From Nanobdellota archaeon (lineage in GTDB: Archaea; Nanobdellota; Nanobdellia; Pacearchaeales; GW2011-AR1), in the NCBI GenBank assembly GCA_038045825.1, contig JBBSXJ010000004.1, positions 95,301 through 159,300 on the forward strand: 64,000 nt of DNA. The letters are read 5' to 3'. A model generated the notes under the pieces. The model did no database searches. It had not been told where the DNA came from and saw nothing but the letters and a program-made list of their open reading frames with translations. The translations under genes were made by a program, and so were the position numbers. Below, piece by piece: positions 9,539 through 19,576 of the stretch; positions within the stretch are counted from its first letter, which is position 1, and every line of letters starts with the position of its first letter.

Positions 9539-10978
9539 ATGGCTGATTCCAAAGGATTAACTGTTAAAAAGGATGAGAATTTTAGTGATTGGTTTACCGA
9601 AGTAGTTCAAAAAGCAGAACTTGCTGATATGAGGTTTAATGTTAAGGGTTTTTTAGTTTTTCAACCTTCTAGTGTTTTGGTTATGGAAAAAATGTATTCT
9701 TTCATGGAGAAGGCTTTGCAAAAGAAGGGACATAAACCTTATTGGTTTCCAACTTTGATACCTGAAAGTAATTTCAAAAAAGAAGCCAGTCATATTAGCG
9801 GATTTACTCCTGAAGTTTTTTGGGTTACACATGGCGGTGAAAAGGAATTTGAAGAAAAATTAGCTTTAAGACCGACTAGTGAAACTGCGTTCTACCAAAT
9901 GTTTGCTTTGTGGATAAGAAGCTACAAAGATCTGCCTTTCAAAACTTACCAAAGAGCTCAGGTTTTTAGATGCGAGACAAAAGCAACTAGGCCGTTTTTA
10001 AGAAGCCGTGAATTTCATTGGATTGAGACTCATTGTGCCTTTGCTACACAAGAAGATGCCTTGAAACAAGTTTATGAAGATATGGCTACTAGTAAAGAAG
10101 TTTTACATGATATCTATGGTTTGCCATTTATTATTTTTGAAAGACCTGCTTGGGATGTTTTTCCAGGAGCATCTAGAACTTTTGCTGCAGATGTTTTGAA
10201 TCCAGATGGGAAGGTTGTACAACAACCTTCAACTCATTTACTTAAGCATGATTTTGCAAAAGCTTTTGGAATTATGTATAAAGATAAAGATGGAGTTGAC
10301 AAATATGTTTACACTACTTGCTATGGTCCTGCTATTTCAAGAATTTTTGCAAGTGTTGTTATAGTCCATGGAGATGATAAGGGCTTGAGATTCCCTTGGG
10401 AAATTGCACCTTATCATGTTGTTATAGTGCCTATTGGGAATGATGATAAGTTACTTGCTAAAGCTCAAGAACTGAAAGAAAAGTTATCTGAGTTTGAGGT
10501 AATAGTTGATACTAGTGATAAGAGCCCAGGGGAGAAATTTAACACTTGGGAATTAAAGGGCATCCCTATTAGAATAGATTTAGGGGAAAAAGAATTAGAT
10601 GGTAAGAAGTTAAGCATATTTAGAAGAGATTTAAACAAAAAAGAGCATATTGCTGAAAAAGATTTGGTTAATTATATTGAAGAAATAAAAAAAGAGTTTA
10701 CTCCTAACTTGATTAAAGAAGCGGATAAAATATTTCATAATAGAATTGTTGATTCTAGAAATATTGAATCAATGAAGAAATCCATTGATGCTGGAAATAT
10801 TGTACGCTGTGGATTTTGTTCTACAGAAATGGATGGTAAGAAATGTGCTGAAATTATTAAGGAAAAAGTTGGTGCTGAAGTTCGTGGCACCAATCTAGAA
10901 GAAGAAAAAGCAGAAGGCAAATGTATTGTTTGTGATAAATCTGCTAAACATGTTGTTTATGTTGCAAGAAGCTACTAA
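9539..10978 (+). CDS. proS: Prolyl-tRNA synthetase, archaeal/eukaryotic type
   Basis: FSDWFTEV, LALRPTSET, TRPFLRSREF, C-terminal Zn-binding Cys cluster ending ARSY. Confidence 0.95.
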   Translation: MADSKGLTVKKDENFSDWFTEVVQKAELADMRFNVKGFLVFQPSSVLVMEKMYSFMEKALQKKGHKPYWFPTLIPESNFKKEASHISGFTPEVFWVTHGGEKEFEEKLALRPTSETAFYQMFALWIRSYKDLPFKTYQRAQVFRCETKATRPFLRSREFHWIETHCAFATQEDALKQVYEDMATSKEVLHDIYGLPFIIFERPAWDVFPGASRTFAADVLNPDGKVVQQPSTHLLKHDFAKAFGIMYKDKDGVDKYVYTTCYGPAISRIFASVVIVHGDDKGLRFPWEIAPYHVVIVPIGNDDKLLAKAQELKEKLSEFEVIVDTSDKSPGEKFNTWELKGIPIRIDLGEKELDGKKLSIFRRDLNKKEHIAEKDLVNYIEEIKKEFTPNLIKEADKIFHNRIVDSRNIESMKKSIDAGNIVRCGFCSTEMDGKKCAEIIKEKVGAEVRGTNLEEEKAEGKCIVCDKSAKHVVYVARSY

Positions 10979-11830
10979 CTATCTTTTTACAAACATTTTT
11001 TCAATTGTATGATTATCATAAACCTTTGGCATCTTTCCTGTTTTAGCATATTGGTATAATGCTGCTTTTAAGATACCATTTACACTCGTAGAGACTACCA
11101 TTATCATTATTATTGCAATAACTAAAATAATTGCACTAGCAATTATGAAACTTATATTTTTACTCATTATTGCTAAAATCATTAAAACTATGAATGGCAA
11201 AGAAATAAGGAAGAATATGGCTCCTATGCTAAATTGTGCAGTAACATTTTCACCCCAGGTTTTTTTGAATAAATGGGTTGAGTGTTTAATACTTTGAATT
11301 GGCCCATATTTTTCAAATAATATTATTGGTATTGTAAAGAAGGTTATAAGATTCCATGCTGTGCCAAGCAGACCTGCACCTATTTGTGATCCAATAGCTA
11401 CTGTTTTAGAACGATTAGATCCTGATCTTTTTAATGCGGCTAAAATTGTTCCTACTAAGGCGCTTATGGCAGCCCATCCAAATAAAGAAAATATTCTTTT
11501 AGATGGACCTCTTAAACCATCTGCTAAAGTAGGATTTCTACCCGAGAATCTTATTGTTGCTGATGTAACAATTGCTGCTTGGAAGAAAACAGAGATAAAA
11601 TAAGCACATATTGTAATTATTGCTAGTAGAACAAGAGCCGAGAAATAACTTAGATTGCTACTGATTAGAGTTACTCCTAAGATTCCTAAAAAACTTAGAA
11701 CTGTTAAAATCCCTATAACTACAATGATGCTTATGGTTGCTAATATTGGATAGATTAATATTTCTTTATCATGTTTAATGACTTCAAAACTTTGTTTTGT
11801 TATTTTCCAGCCTGTTGCTATTTTACCCAT
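10979..11830 (-). CDS. Integral membrane protein (DUF6159-like)
   Basis: GWKITKQSFEVIKHDKE start, several TM helices, S..LFKKTWGE motif. Confidence 0.7.
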   Translation of the reverse strand: MGKIATGWKITKQSFEVIKHDKEILIYPILATISIIVVIGILTVLSFLGILGVTLISSNLSYFSALVLLAIITICAYFISVFFQAAIVTSATIRFSGRNPTLADGLRGPSKRIFSLFGWAAISALVGTILAALKRSGSNRSKTVAIGSQIGAGLLGTAWNLITFFTIPIILFEKYGPIQSIKHSTHLFKKTWGENVTAQFSIGAIFFLISLPFIVLMILAIMSKNISFIIASAIILVIAIIMIMVVSTSVNGILKAALYQYAKTGKMPKVYDNHTIEKMFVKR

Positions 11831-11905
11831 GTCATTATTTAGAATTAACCTTATTTAAATCATGTTAGAACGAAGATTTTTATATCTAAAATTGTGCTCT
11901 TACAC

Positions 11906-13189
11906 ATGGCTGAACTTAACTTTAAAGCAGGAGATATTGTTAGATTAAGACTTGCTCGTGAGGAGATTGAAGGGATAGTCTTGGAAAGTTATGATAATGA
12001 TGTTGTTTTGATTAAACTTAAGTCAGGATATAATATTGGAATTCCTAAAGAAAATGTATTGGATTTACATGTTATTGAAGAGTTTAAAGAAGTTAAGAAG
12101 AATGAAAAGAATGTTATCTCTAAAGATAAGAATAAGCCCTCTATTGGACTTGTGATTACTGGTGGAACTATTGCTGCTAAACTTGACCCTCGCACTGGCG
12201 GAGTTTCTTGGTTGACTGACACAAATGAATTTGCTAAATTCTATCCTAAGGTTTTTGAGAAAGCTAATGTGAAAAAGATTAGTGTGCCCTTTATGGTTGC
12301 TTCTGAAAATATGACTAGCGAGCACTGGATTACTATTGCAGAACATGTTAGAGAGATGCTTAATGATCCTGAAATTAAAGGTGTTATTGTAACTCATGGG
12401 ACTGATACTTTGCATTATACATCTAGTGCTTTGAGTTTCTTTTTACGTGATTTGAAGAAACCTGTTGTTTTGACTTTTTCACAGCGAAGTATTGATAGAG
12501 CATCTTCTGATGCCGAACTTAATTTAGAATGTGCTGTTGAAATGGCTCTTTCAAATTGTGCAGAAGTAATGCTTGTAGGACACGCAACTGAAAATGATGA
12601 TTATTGTTTAGCTTTGCGTGGGACTAAAGTTAGGAAGATGCATTCTTCTAGAAGAGATGCTTTCAAGGCTATAAATTGTGAACCCATTGCTAAAGTCTCT
12701 CCAGGCAAGATTGAGTTTTTATCTAAGTATAATGCTAGATCTGATGGATTGACTAAGATAGATACAGATTTTTCTGATAAGGTTGGTTTGATTCATTATT
12801 ATCCTGGTCAAGATCCTAGCATTTTGGATTATTATTTAGTTCAAGGATATAAGGGTCTAGTGATTGCTGCTACTGGTTTTGGTCATGTAGCTACAGGAGA
12901 TTCTGAACATTCATGGATTCCTAATTTAAAGAGAATGATTAAGCAAGGAGTTGCTGTTTGTTTTGCTCCTCAGACTCTTTATGGCAGATTGAATTCTAAA
13001 GTTTATTCTCCTGGTCGTGAATTGGAGAATCTTGGAGTAATATATTTGGATGATATGCTACCTGAAACTGCTATGGTAAAACTAGGTTATGTATTAGCTA
13101 AGACTAAGAAGCATAAAGATTTGGGAATAATAAAGAATATGATGCTAACTAATATTGCCGGCGAGTTGAACTCTCTACTTACTGAATGA
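11906..13189 (+). CDS. gatD: Glu-tRNA(Gln) amidotransferase subunit D
   Basis: KLKSGYNIG N-domain, TGGTIA, HGTDT, RKMHSSRRDAF, DMLPETA.VKL. Confidence 0.95.
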   Translation: MAELNFKAGDIVRLRLAREEIEGIVLESYDNDVVLIKLKSGYNIGIPKENVLDLHVIEEFKEVKKNEKNVISKDKNKPSIGLVITGGTIAAKLDPRTGGVSWLTDTNEFAKFYPKVFEKANVKKISVPFMVASENMTSEHWITIAEHVREMLNDPEIKGVIVTHGTDTLHYTSSALSFFLRDLKKPVVLTFSQRSIDRASSDAELNLECAVEMALSNCAEVMLVGHATENDDYCLALRGTKVRKMHSSRRDAFKAINCEPIAKVSPGKIEFLSKYNARSDGLTKIDTDFSDKVGLIHYYPGQDPSILDYYLVQGYKGLVIAATGFGHVATGDSEHSWIPNLKRMIKQGVAVCFAPQTLYGRLNSKVYSPGRELENLGVIYLDDMLPETAMVKLGYVLAKTKKHKDLGIIKNMMLTNIAGELNSLLTE

Positions 13190-13494
13190 TTTTATATGCT
13201 TTATAATTTTTTTAGTTACTTCTTTTCCCCACTCAACTTTATAATCTGTAAATATTATCTTTACTTTTTCATTAATACCTTTTATTATTTCTAATATGTA
13301 TTTTCCATTTTCCCATTTTTTATTAAGAATAATAAAAGAATTATCTGCCATTTTATTTCTTACTAAATAATCTGCTTCTAAAATTCTTAATCTATTTTGT
13401 TTTTACTTTCCTTAATCTTTCCTGCAAGATTTTTACTATAGATATTAAGAATTTTGATAGGATTCATTTTTATTACCCCATCTATTTTTATCAT
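13175..13494 (-). pseudogene. Probable frameshifted small hypothetical gene
   Basis: ATG 13494 (MIKIDGVIKMNP...) with TATA-like element ~25 nt upstream; coding-like sequence continues in another frame (RLRILEADYLVRNKMADNSF...KSFSK*). Confidence 0.4.
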
Positions 13495-13535
13495 TTAATT
13501 TAATATACTGTCTAATATATAAATATTATTAATGA

Positions 13536-13628
13536 TGGGTTCTTGGCCACAAGAATTGGAAGACTTTAGTGCGTGAAAAGATGCTGGAGAATATTCGTGG
13601 AGAGTTTAATGATTTACTTACGGAGTAG
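13536..13628 (+). pseudogene. gatD: Orphan second copy of gatD 3' end
   Basis: WVLGHKNWKTLVREKMLENIRGEFNDLLTE* aligns with the intact GatD C-terminus YVLAK...IKNMMLTNIAGELNSLLTE*. Confidence 0.85.
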
Positions 13629-13690
13629 TTGTAACTGTATAGAAGTTACAGATAGGAAGGTTTAAAAGGTATCATTTTTGTTTATTTTTT

Positions 13691-14794
13691 ATGAGTGTAC
13701 ATAGAAATAGAGAATTATATAATGCTTATCTTGACCGTTTAGATGGCTTAGCTAGTGGTAGAACTCCTGATGATCTGAAATCTATGACTAATAGAGTTTG
13801 GAATGTACTTATTGGTGATTATCCTGTTGATTTTGATGCATCTTTACTTAATGGACGTTCCGATTATGCTTCTAGAATAGCTACATTATTTACTACAGTA
13901 ACTCAACATCGTAAATCTCATAGAATACTAGAAGTTGGAGATGCTCATCGTGAAATGGCTACTGAACGTAGAGCCTACGATGCTTTAGATAAAAGTGTTG
14001 ACCTTCTTCAAGAATTTTTTATACCCAATGGACTTGTTGATACTCACCCTTTAAATGCTTTAGTTAAAGATGTATATCATCTTGCTATTGCATATGTTCA
14101 AACCGTTGTAAATATGGCTGTTGATGAGTACATTCCTTCTTCTAAAACTTTTGATGCTAAAATTAAATCCTCTCTTTTGGCAAGAAGAGCTTTTGAAGCT
14201 TATGCTTCTTATGATGGTACTCTTGAGAAGTTGGCAGGTGTGACAAATGTTAGACTTAATTTTGTTAGAAAATCTTTAGAAGATATAGGTAATGGCGATA
14301 AACTGAGAGATTTCGTACTTGTACAGGTTAAACCTAAAGATATTGCTCACAAGAAAAGGGCTATAACTCATTTACTTGAGACTATTCCTAGTGACTATTG
14401 CCCTGATTTTATAGTTCCTGTGGCTCAAGGAGGTATAGAATTAGGAGTTAGACTTGATTCTCATTATCATTCTTTAGGCCATAGACCTATTTCTTATCCA
14501 GTCATGTTTTCAGTTAAAACTCGTAGACAAATTAGACCTAGAATATTCCCTGATAAAGAATTTTTAGAACGATCATTTGATAAATCTCATCTTATTGCAG
14601 AAGATTGGATCACTACTGGAAAAACAATAGTAGGTTTGCTTGGGGAATTAACTGCTAGACAACCTAAAGATCTTAGAGTAGCTACTATAAAAAGAGATCC
14701 TGCAAATTTTGATAACAATATGTTGGGAAAGTATACAGTCTATTCTGGAGAAGTTATCAAATTTCAGAGTGGTGGAAGTCCAACAAGTAATTAA
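13691..14794 (+). CDS. Protein with C-terminal type I phosphoribosyltransferase domain
   Basis: VPVAQGG and LIAEDWITTGKT PRPP-binding loop; N-terminal region unassigned. Confidence 0.7.
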   Translation: MSVHRNRELYNAYLDRLDGLASGRTPDDLKSMTNRVWNVLIGDYPVDFDASLLNGRSDYASRIATLFTTVTQHRKSHRILEVGDAHREMATERRAYDALDKSVDLLQEFFIPNGLVDTHPLNALVKDVYHLAIAYVQTVVNMAVDEYIPSSKTFDAKIKSSLLARRAFEAYASYDGTLEKLAGVTNVRLNFVRKSLEDIGNGDKLRDFVLVQVKPKDIAHKKRAITHLLETIPSDYCPDFIVPVAQGGIELGVRLDSHYHSLGHRPISYPVMFSVKTRRQIRPRIFPDKEFLERSFDKSHLIAEDWITTGKTIVGLLGELTARQPKDLRVATIKRDPANFDNNMLGKYTVYSGEVIKFQSGGSPTSN

Positions 14795-14848
14795 GATTGA
14801 TTTAAAATAGAAGATAATCTTTAATAATCCTGTTCTTGTTTTGGATTG

Positions 14849-16294
14849 ATGCATGATTATAAGAAACTAGGGTTTAAGGCAGGGCTTGAAATACATCAGC
14901 AGATAGATAGTCCTAAACTATTCTCTGGAGCTCCATCTTTTTTACGAAATGATGAACCTCATTATGTTATTGAAAGAAAGCTTCATGCTGTTGCTGGTGA
15001 GAGTGGTGGAGTTGATTCTGCTGTAAGTCATGAAGCTTCAATTGGAAAGACTTTTTTTTATGAAGGATATCGAGATACAATTTCGCTTGTTGAATTAGAT
15101 GAAGAACCTGCTCATGCAATTAATGAAGAGGCACTTAATACTGCTCTTACTGTTGCTTTGCTTCTTGATTGTGAAATATATCCTGTTACTCAGATTATGC
15201 GTAAAACTGTAATTGATGGATCTAATACTTCTGGATTTCAGCGAACTGTTTTACTAGCACATGATGGTAAGGTTGAAACTTCTTTTGGAGATTTAAGAAT
15301 TGCTAGTGTTTGTCTTGAAGAAGATTCTGCTCGTGTGATTTCTCGTGGGAGGGATAAGGTTGTTTATCGTTTAGATAGATTGGGAATTCCTCTTGTAGAG
15401 ATTGCAACTTATCCTGATTTACATAATCCTGAACAAGTTAAAGAATGCGCTTTGAAGCTTGGAGAAATATTGCGTGCTTGTAATGTTAAAAGGGGAATTG
15501 GAACTATACGTCAGGATGTTAATGTTTCAGTTAAAGGACATGATAGAGTAGAGATAAAAGGATTTCAGGATCCAAAAATGATGATTAAAACTATTGATAT
15601 TGAAATTGATAGGCAGCTTTTGAATGTTAAGAATAATAAAACTACTGGAGATGTTAGAAATGCTAAAGAAGATGGAACAAGCGAGTTTTTGAGACCAATG
15701 CCTGGCGCTGATAGGATGTATCCTGAAACTGATTTGGCTTTACTTAGGCTTGGAAGGCAGAGAATTGACCATTTGAAGAAACACTTGCCTAAGTTAAGGA
15801 CAGATATGCGCGCTGAACTTGAGAAGAAAGGAGTTTCTGAGGATTTAATTGAATTGGTTTTGGATGATTCTGAAATTTTGGATGAGTTTCATACTTTACT
15901 TGATATTTATCCAATGGATGCTAACTTAATTGCAAAAATGGTTACTTTATGGAGACAGGAATTTGCAACTAAGACAAAGAAAACTTTGATGCAAATCCGG
16001 TCTGTTTTAAATGAAAGTGTCTATGCTGAAGTATTAAGGGCACTTGCTGATGAGGATATTGTTTCTAGTGATGTTAAACCTGTTCTTGCAAAAGTGCTTG
16101 AAGGTTCTGATGTCAATGATGCTTTGAAAATTGAAAAAATTGATGATAATGAGATTGAGAAAGAAATTCGTTTATTAACCAAGGAAAAACCTGGAATGCG
16201 TGCTAATGCTTATATGGGAATGTTAATGGCTAAATTCAAAGGAAAATTAGATGCTAAGAAGGCTATGGAATTGATAAACGGAGTTATTGGTTAG
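14849..16294 (+). CDS. gatE: Glu-tRNA(Gln) amidotransferase subunit E (short form)
   Basis: DYKKLGFKAGLEIHQQ, MRKTVIDGSNTSGFQRT, GIGTIRQDVNVS, RPMPGADRMYPETD. Confidence 0.95.
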   Translation: MHDYKKLGFKAGLEIHQQIDSPKLFSGAPSFLRNDEPHYVIERKLHAVAGESGGVDSAVSHEASIGKTFFYEGYRDTISLVELDEEPAHAINEEALNTALTVALLLDCEIYPVTQIMRKTVIDGSNTSGFQRTVLLAHDGKVETSFGDLRIASVCLEEDSARVISRGRDKVVYRLDRLGIPLVEIATYPDLHNPEQVKECALKLGEILRACNVKRGIGTIRQDVNVSVKGHDRVEIKGFQDPKMMIKTIDIEIDRQLLNVKNNKTTGDVRNAKEDGTSEFLRPMPGADRMYPETDLALLRLGRQRIDHLKKHLPKLRTDMRAELEKKGVSEDLIELVLDDSEILDEFHTLLDIYPMDANLIAKMVTLWRQEFATKTKKTLMQIRSVLNESVYAEVLRALADEDIVSSDVKPVLAKVLEGSDVNDALKIEKIDDNEIEKEIRLLTKEKPGMRANAYMGMLMAKFKGKLDAKKAMELINGVIG

Positions 16295-16324
16295 TTTTTT
16301 AAATAGGGTTTTTGTGGTTTTTAT

Positions 16325-17386
16325 ATGGGTTCGATAATACATTCTGTTGGAACTTCTGCAGGAGAAAGATCTCTAACAAATAATGATTTGGAGAGGATAT
16401 TGAGGGCCAGTGGTCAAGAGACAAATGATGAGTGGATAGTTCAGAGAACCGGTATTAGAAACCGTATGGTTTCTCCTAATCAAGATATAGGACAATTAGC
16501 AGTTAGTGCTAGTCAAGGTGCAATTGAAAATTTATATCTAAATATTCGCCCAATACAGCATATTATTGTATCTACTAATACTCCAAGAAATGCTTTCCCT
16601 AATATTGCAGGCTATGTTCAAGACAAATTATCCTTCTCTCATCCATCGTTAATTGAAGATGGAGCATCGGGAGTTGATATTGGGGCAGGTTGCGGTGGTA
16701 TAAATTTTGCTCTTATGCATGCTGATAAGTTGATAGAAGGGCGACAGTTCAATACTGTTTTGGTTATAGGTGTTGAAAAACTTTCAAATGTTACTAATTA
16801 TGCAGATAGATCGACAGCCATATTATTTGGAGATGGAGCTTCCGCTTATATTTTAGGTGCTGGAGCTAATGAGGTGGGTTTTGTTGGTCATCACTCTAAG
16901 GGAAGTGGAAAAGACAGAAATTTGATTAAATGTTTGGATAAGCCTAAAGTTGATTTAGAAAGTGCTTTAGATATACTAGATAATGGGGCTAAGCCTAGAA
17001 TGGTGGTAGGTTCAGTTTTAGAAATGGATGGAAAAAGAGTTTTTACATATGTAATAAATCAATGGGAAGAACTTATATCTAAACTCAAAGATTTGAAGTT
17101 CAATCCACAAGGGATTTCTTATGATGAAATTTTTCATATTGCTCCTCATTTAGCTAACTTAAGGTGTTTAGAAAATGTTGATGAACGTTATCCTGGATTT
17201 TTACAAAAATGTAGACTAGTTACAGATACAGATTTGGCTAACTTTCATAATACTTCAACTGCTTCTCAGGGAAGAAGAGTTAAACAATTTGTAGAGGAGG
17301 CTGAGCCTGGAAGTTATTTGCTTAGTTTCGGTTATGGTGCAGGTTTACAATCTTGTGCAAATCTATATAGAAAACCATTTGCATAA
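16325..17386 (+). CDS. fabH: 3-oxoacyl-ACP synthase III (FabH/KAS III)-like condensing enzyme
   Basis: LTNNDL, EWIVQRTGIRNR, AGC, DRSTAILFGDGA, PHLAN, NTS (Cys-His-Asn triad). Confidence 0.85.
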   Translation: MGSIIHSVGTSAGERSLTNNDLERILRASGQETNDEWIVQRTGIRNRMVSPNQDIGQLAVSASQGAIENLYLNIRPIQHIIVSTNTPRNAFPNIAGYVQDKLSFSHPSLIEDGASGVDIGAGCGGINFALMHADKLIEGRQFNTVLVIGVEKLSNVTNYADRSTAILFGDGASAYILGAGANEVGFVGHHSKGSGKDRNLIKCLDKPKVDLESALDILDNGAKPRMVVGSVLEMDGKRVFTYVINQWEELISKLKDLKFNPQGISYDEIFHIAPHLANLRCLENVDERYPGFLQKCRLVTDTDLANFHNTSTASQGRRVKQFVEEAEPGSYLLSFGYGAGLQSCANLYRKPFA

Positions 17387-17408
17387 TGCTTAAAAAAGCA
17401 GTTTCTTA

Positions 17409-18728
17409 ATGTTTGATATGGATTATTGGAAGAAACTTGTTGAAAGGAAAATGATTTCTGATGTTGATGTTAAGACAACTAGCGCTGTTGTTGCAGGATG
17501 GGTTTATGATCAACGTGATCTTGGAAAAATTAGATTTCTTGTACTTAGGGACTTTTCTGGAGAGATGCAAATAATTGCTCATAAAGATAAAGCTTCTAAA
17601 GAAGTTTTTGATTTAATGCAGAAAGTTTCTCGTGAGAGTGTTGTATTAATTTCTGGTAAAGTTCAGAAGAGTGATAAAGCTCCAGGGGGGAGAGAACTTG
17701 TTGCAGAACATTTTGAAGTTTTAAGTGTCGCTGAGAGTCCTTTGCCTATCGATGTTTCTGACTTTTCCAAGACTGAATTACCTAAGAGACTTGATTATAG
17801 ATATGTTGATTTTCACAGAAGAAGAACTCAGGCTATTTTCAAGATACAAAGTACAATATCTATTGCTTTTAGGGATTTTTTCTCTAAAAATAGATATATT
17901 GAAATGCAACCTCCTTGCTTGATTGGAGTTGCTTCTGAAGGAGGAGCTGACGTTTTCAAAGTAAAATATTTTGAACGTGAAGCTTGTCTTGCTCAAAGTC
18001 CTCAATTGTATAAAGAAATGGTTGCTTGTTCGATGGAGAAGACTTTTATGATTACTCCTGTTTGGAGAGCTGAAAAACATAATACTATACGCCATATAAA
18101 TGAGATTCGTCAAATGGATATTGAATGTTCTTTTATGAATCAGATGGATGTAATGAAGATAGAAGAAGAATGTGTTAAACATGTTGTTTCTGAAATTATA
18201 AAGAAAAATAAATCTGAGATTGAATTGCTCGGATTGAAGTTAAAAGTTCCTAGTGCCAAATATGTTTCTTATGATGAGACTATATCTTTACTTAAGAAGA
18301 ATGGAATTAGTATTTCTTCTGGTGATGATTTAAATCCTGAAGCTGAAAAGAAACTTGGAGAGCTTTATCCTGATACTCTTGTTTTTGTACATTCATGGCC
18401 TTCATCTCTTAAGCCGTTTTATATAATGCCTAAAGATGGGAATGCTGATTCAGATTATTCTGAAGGATTTGATTGCGTTTATAGAGGATTGGAAATAACT
18501 TCTGGTGGGCAGAGAATTCACACTCCTGATTTATTACTAAAAAGAATAAAACATAAGGGAATGAAAACAGATGGTTTAATGGATTATGTTAATTCATTCA
18601 AGTATGGATCTCCTCCACACTCTGGCTGGTCAATTGGTCTAGAGAGATTTACAATGTTAATCTGTGAATTAGATAACGTTAGAGAGGCTACAATGTTCCC
18701 TCGCGATAGAGATAGATTGACGCCTTAA
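17409..18728 (+). CDS. aspS: Aspartyl-tRNA synthetase, archaeal type, probably non-discriminating
   Basis: OB-fold N-terminus, LAQSPQLYK, ITSGGQRIH, MFPRDRDRLTP; Pro in KAPGG loop as in non-discriminating enzymes. Confidence 0.93.
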   Translation: MFDMDYWKKLVERKMISDVDVKTTSAVVAGWVYDQRDLGKIRFLVLRDFSGEMQIIAHKDKASKEVFDLMQKVSRESVVLISGKVQKSDKAPGGRELVAEHFEVLSVAESPLPIDVSDFSKTELPKRLDYRYVDFHRRRTQAIFKIQSTISIAFRDFFSKNRYIEMQPPCLIGVASEGGADVFKVKYFEREACLAQSPQLYKEMVACSMEKTFMITPVWRAEKHNTIRHINEIRQMDIECSFMNQMDVMKIEEECVKHVVSEIIKKNKSEIELLGLKLKVPSAKYVSYDETISLLKKNGISISSGDDLNPEAEKKLGELYPDTLVFVHSWPSSLKPFYIMPKDGNADSDYSEGFDCVYRGLEITSGGQRIHTPDLLLKRIKHKGMKTDGLMDYVNSFKYGSPPHSGWSIGLERFTMLICELDNVREATMFPRDRDRLTP

Positions 18729-18729
18729 A

Positions 18730-18948
18730 ATGGAAAATGATAAAATAAAATCTGAAGCTCGCGAATTACTTGATAAATTTGGAAAAGATTTGAAAAATGT
18801 TAAGATTTCAAAATCTCTTAAGAATTCTGGTGATTTGAGAAATGAAAAAAGTGGTGAAAAATGTGATATCAAATTTAGAGCAATAATGTTTAAAAATGCT
18901 AAGCGCAAGAATGATTCGTACCTTTTGCTGGAAAAAGGTTCTTGGTAA
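18730..18948 (+). CDS. gatC: Probable divergent amidotransferase subunit C
   Basis: 72 aa, 1 nt after aspS; LRNEK...R.IMFKNA....SY....KGSW resembles archaeal GatC; gatA and gatB present in window. Confidence 0.55.
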   Translation: MENDKIKSEARELLDKFGKDLKNVKISKSLKNSGDLRNEKSGEKCDIKFRAIMFKNAKRKNDSYLLLEKGSW

Positions 18949-18953
18949 TTAAT

Positions 18954-19568
18954 ATGAATCAAAACATAAATCATAACATTAATCATGTACACAATGGAAC
19001 TTTAGTTGGTAAGAAAGCTCCGGACTTTATGGCTCATGCTTATCATGATAACAAGTTTAAGGATATTAAGCTAAGTAATTTGAAAGGCAAATGGGTTGTT
19101 CTTGCTTTTTATCCAGGTGATTTTACTTTTGTATGTCCTACTGAATTGAGTAGATTTGCTGATTTACATGGAGAATTTAAGAAATTTAATGCTGAAATAT
19201 TAAGTGTAAGTACAGATAGCGAACATGTTCACAAAGCATGGGCTGACACTTCTCAATCTATCAAGAAAATACAATATCCAATGCTTGCAGATAATTCTGG
19301 AAAAATAGCTAAGTTATATGGAGTTTACATTGATTCTGGTGTGGATGAGGGTCGCTCTTTACGTGCAACTTTTATAATTGATCCTGATGGAATTATTAGA
19401 TCTGCTGATGTTCATGATAACTCTATTGGGAGAAGTGTTAAAGAAATATTGAGAAAGTTGCAGGCTGCTAACTATGTTAGACAACATGGCGGAGAAGTTT
19501 GTCCTGTTGAATGGGAAGTTGGTTCTAAGACTTTAAAACCTGGAATTAATCTTGTTGGAAAGATTTAA
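18954..19568 (+). CDS. ahpC: Typical 2-Cys peroxiredoxin
   Basis: FYPGDFTFVCPTE and EVCP resolving Cys. Confidence 0.95.
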   Translation: MNQNINHNINHVHNGTLVGKKAPDFMAHAYHDNKFKDIKLSNLKGKWVVLAFYPGDFTFVCPTELSRFADLHGEFKKFNAEILSVSTDSEHVHKAWADTSQSIKKIQYPMLADNSGKIAKLYGVYIDSGVDEGRSLRATFIIDPDGIIRSADVHDNSIGRSVKEILRKLQAANYVRQHGGEVCPVEWEVGSKTLKPGINLVGKI

Positions 19569-19576
19569 TTTTTATA

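Noticed and set aside
10976..10981. Integron attC interpretation of the TAAC junctions
   Set aside because: No RYYYAAC...GTTRRRY paired structure and no integron integrase
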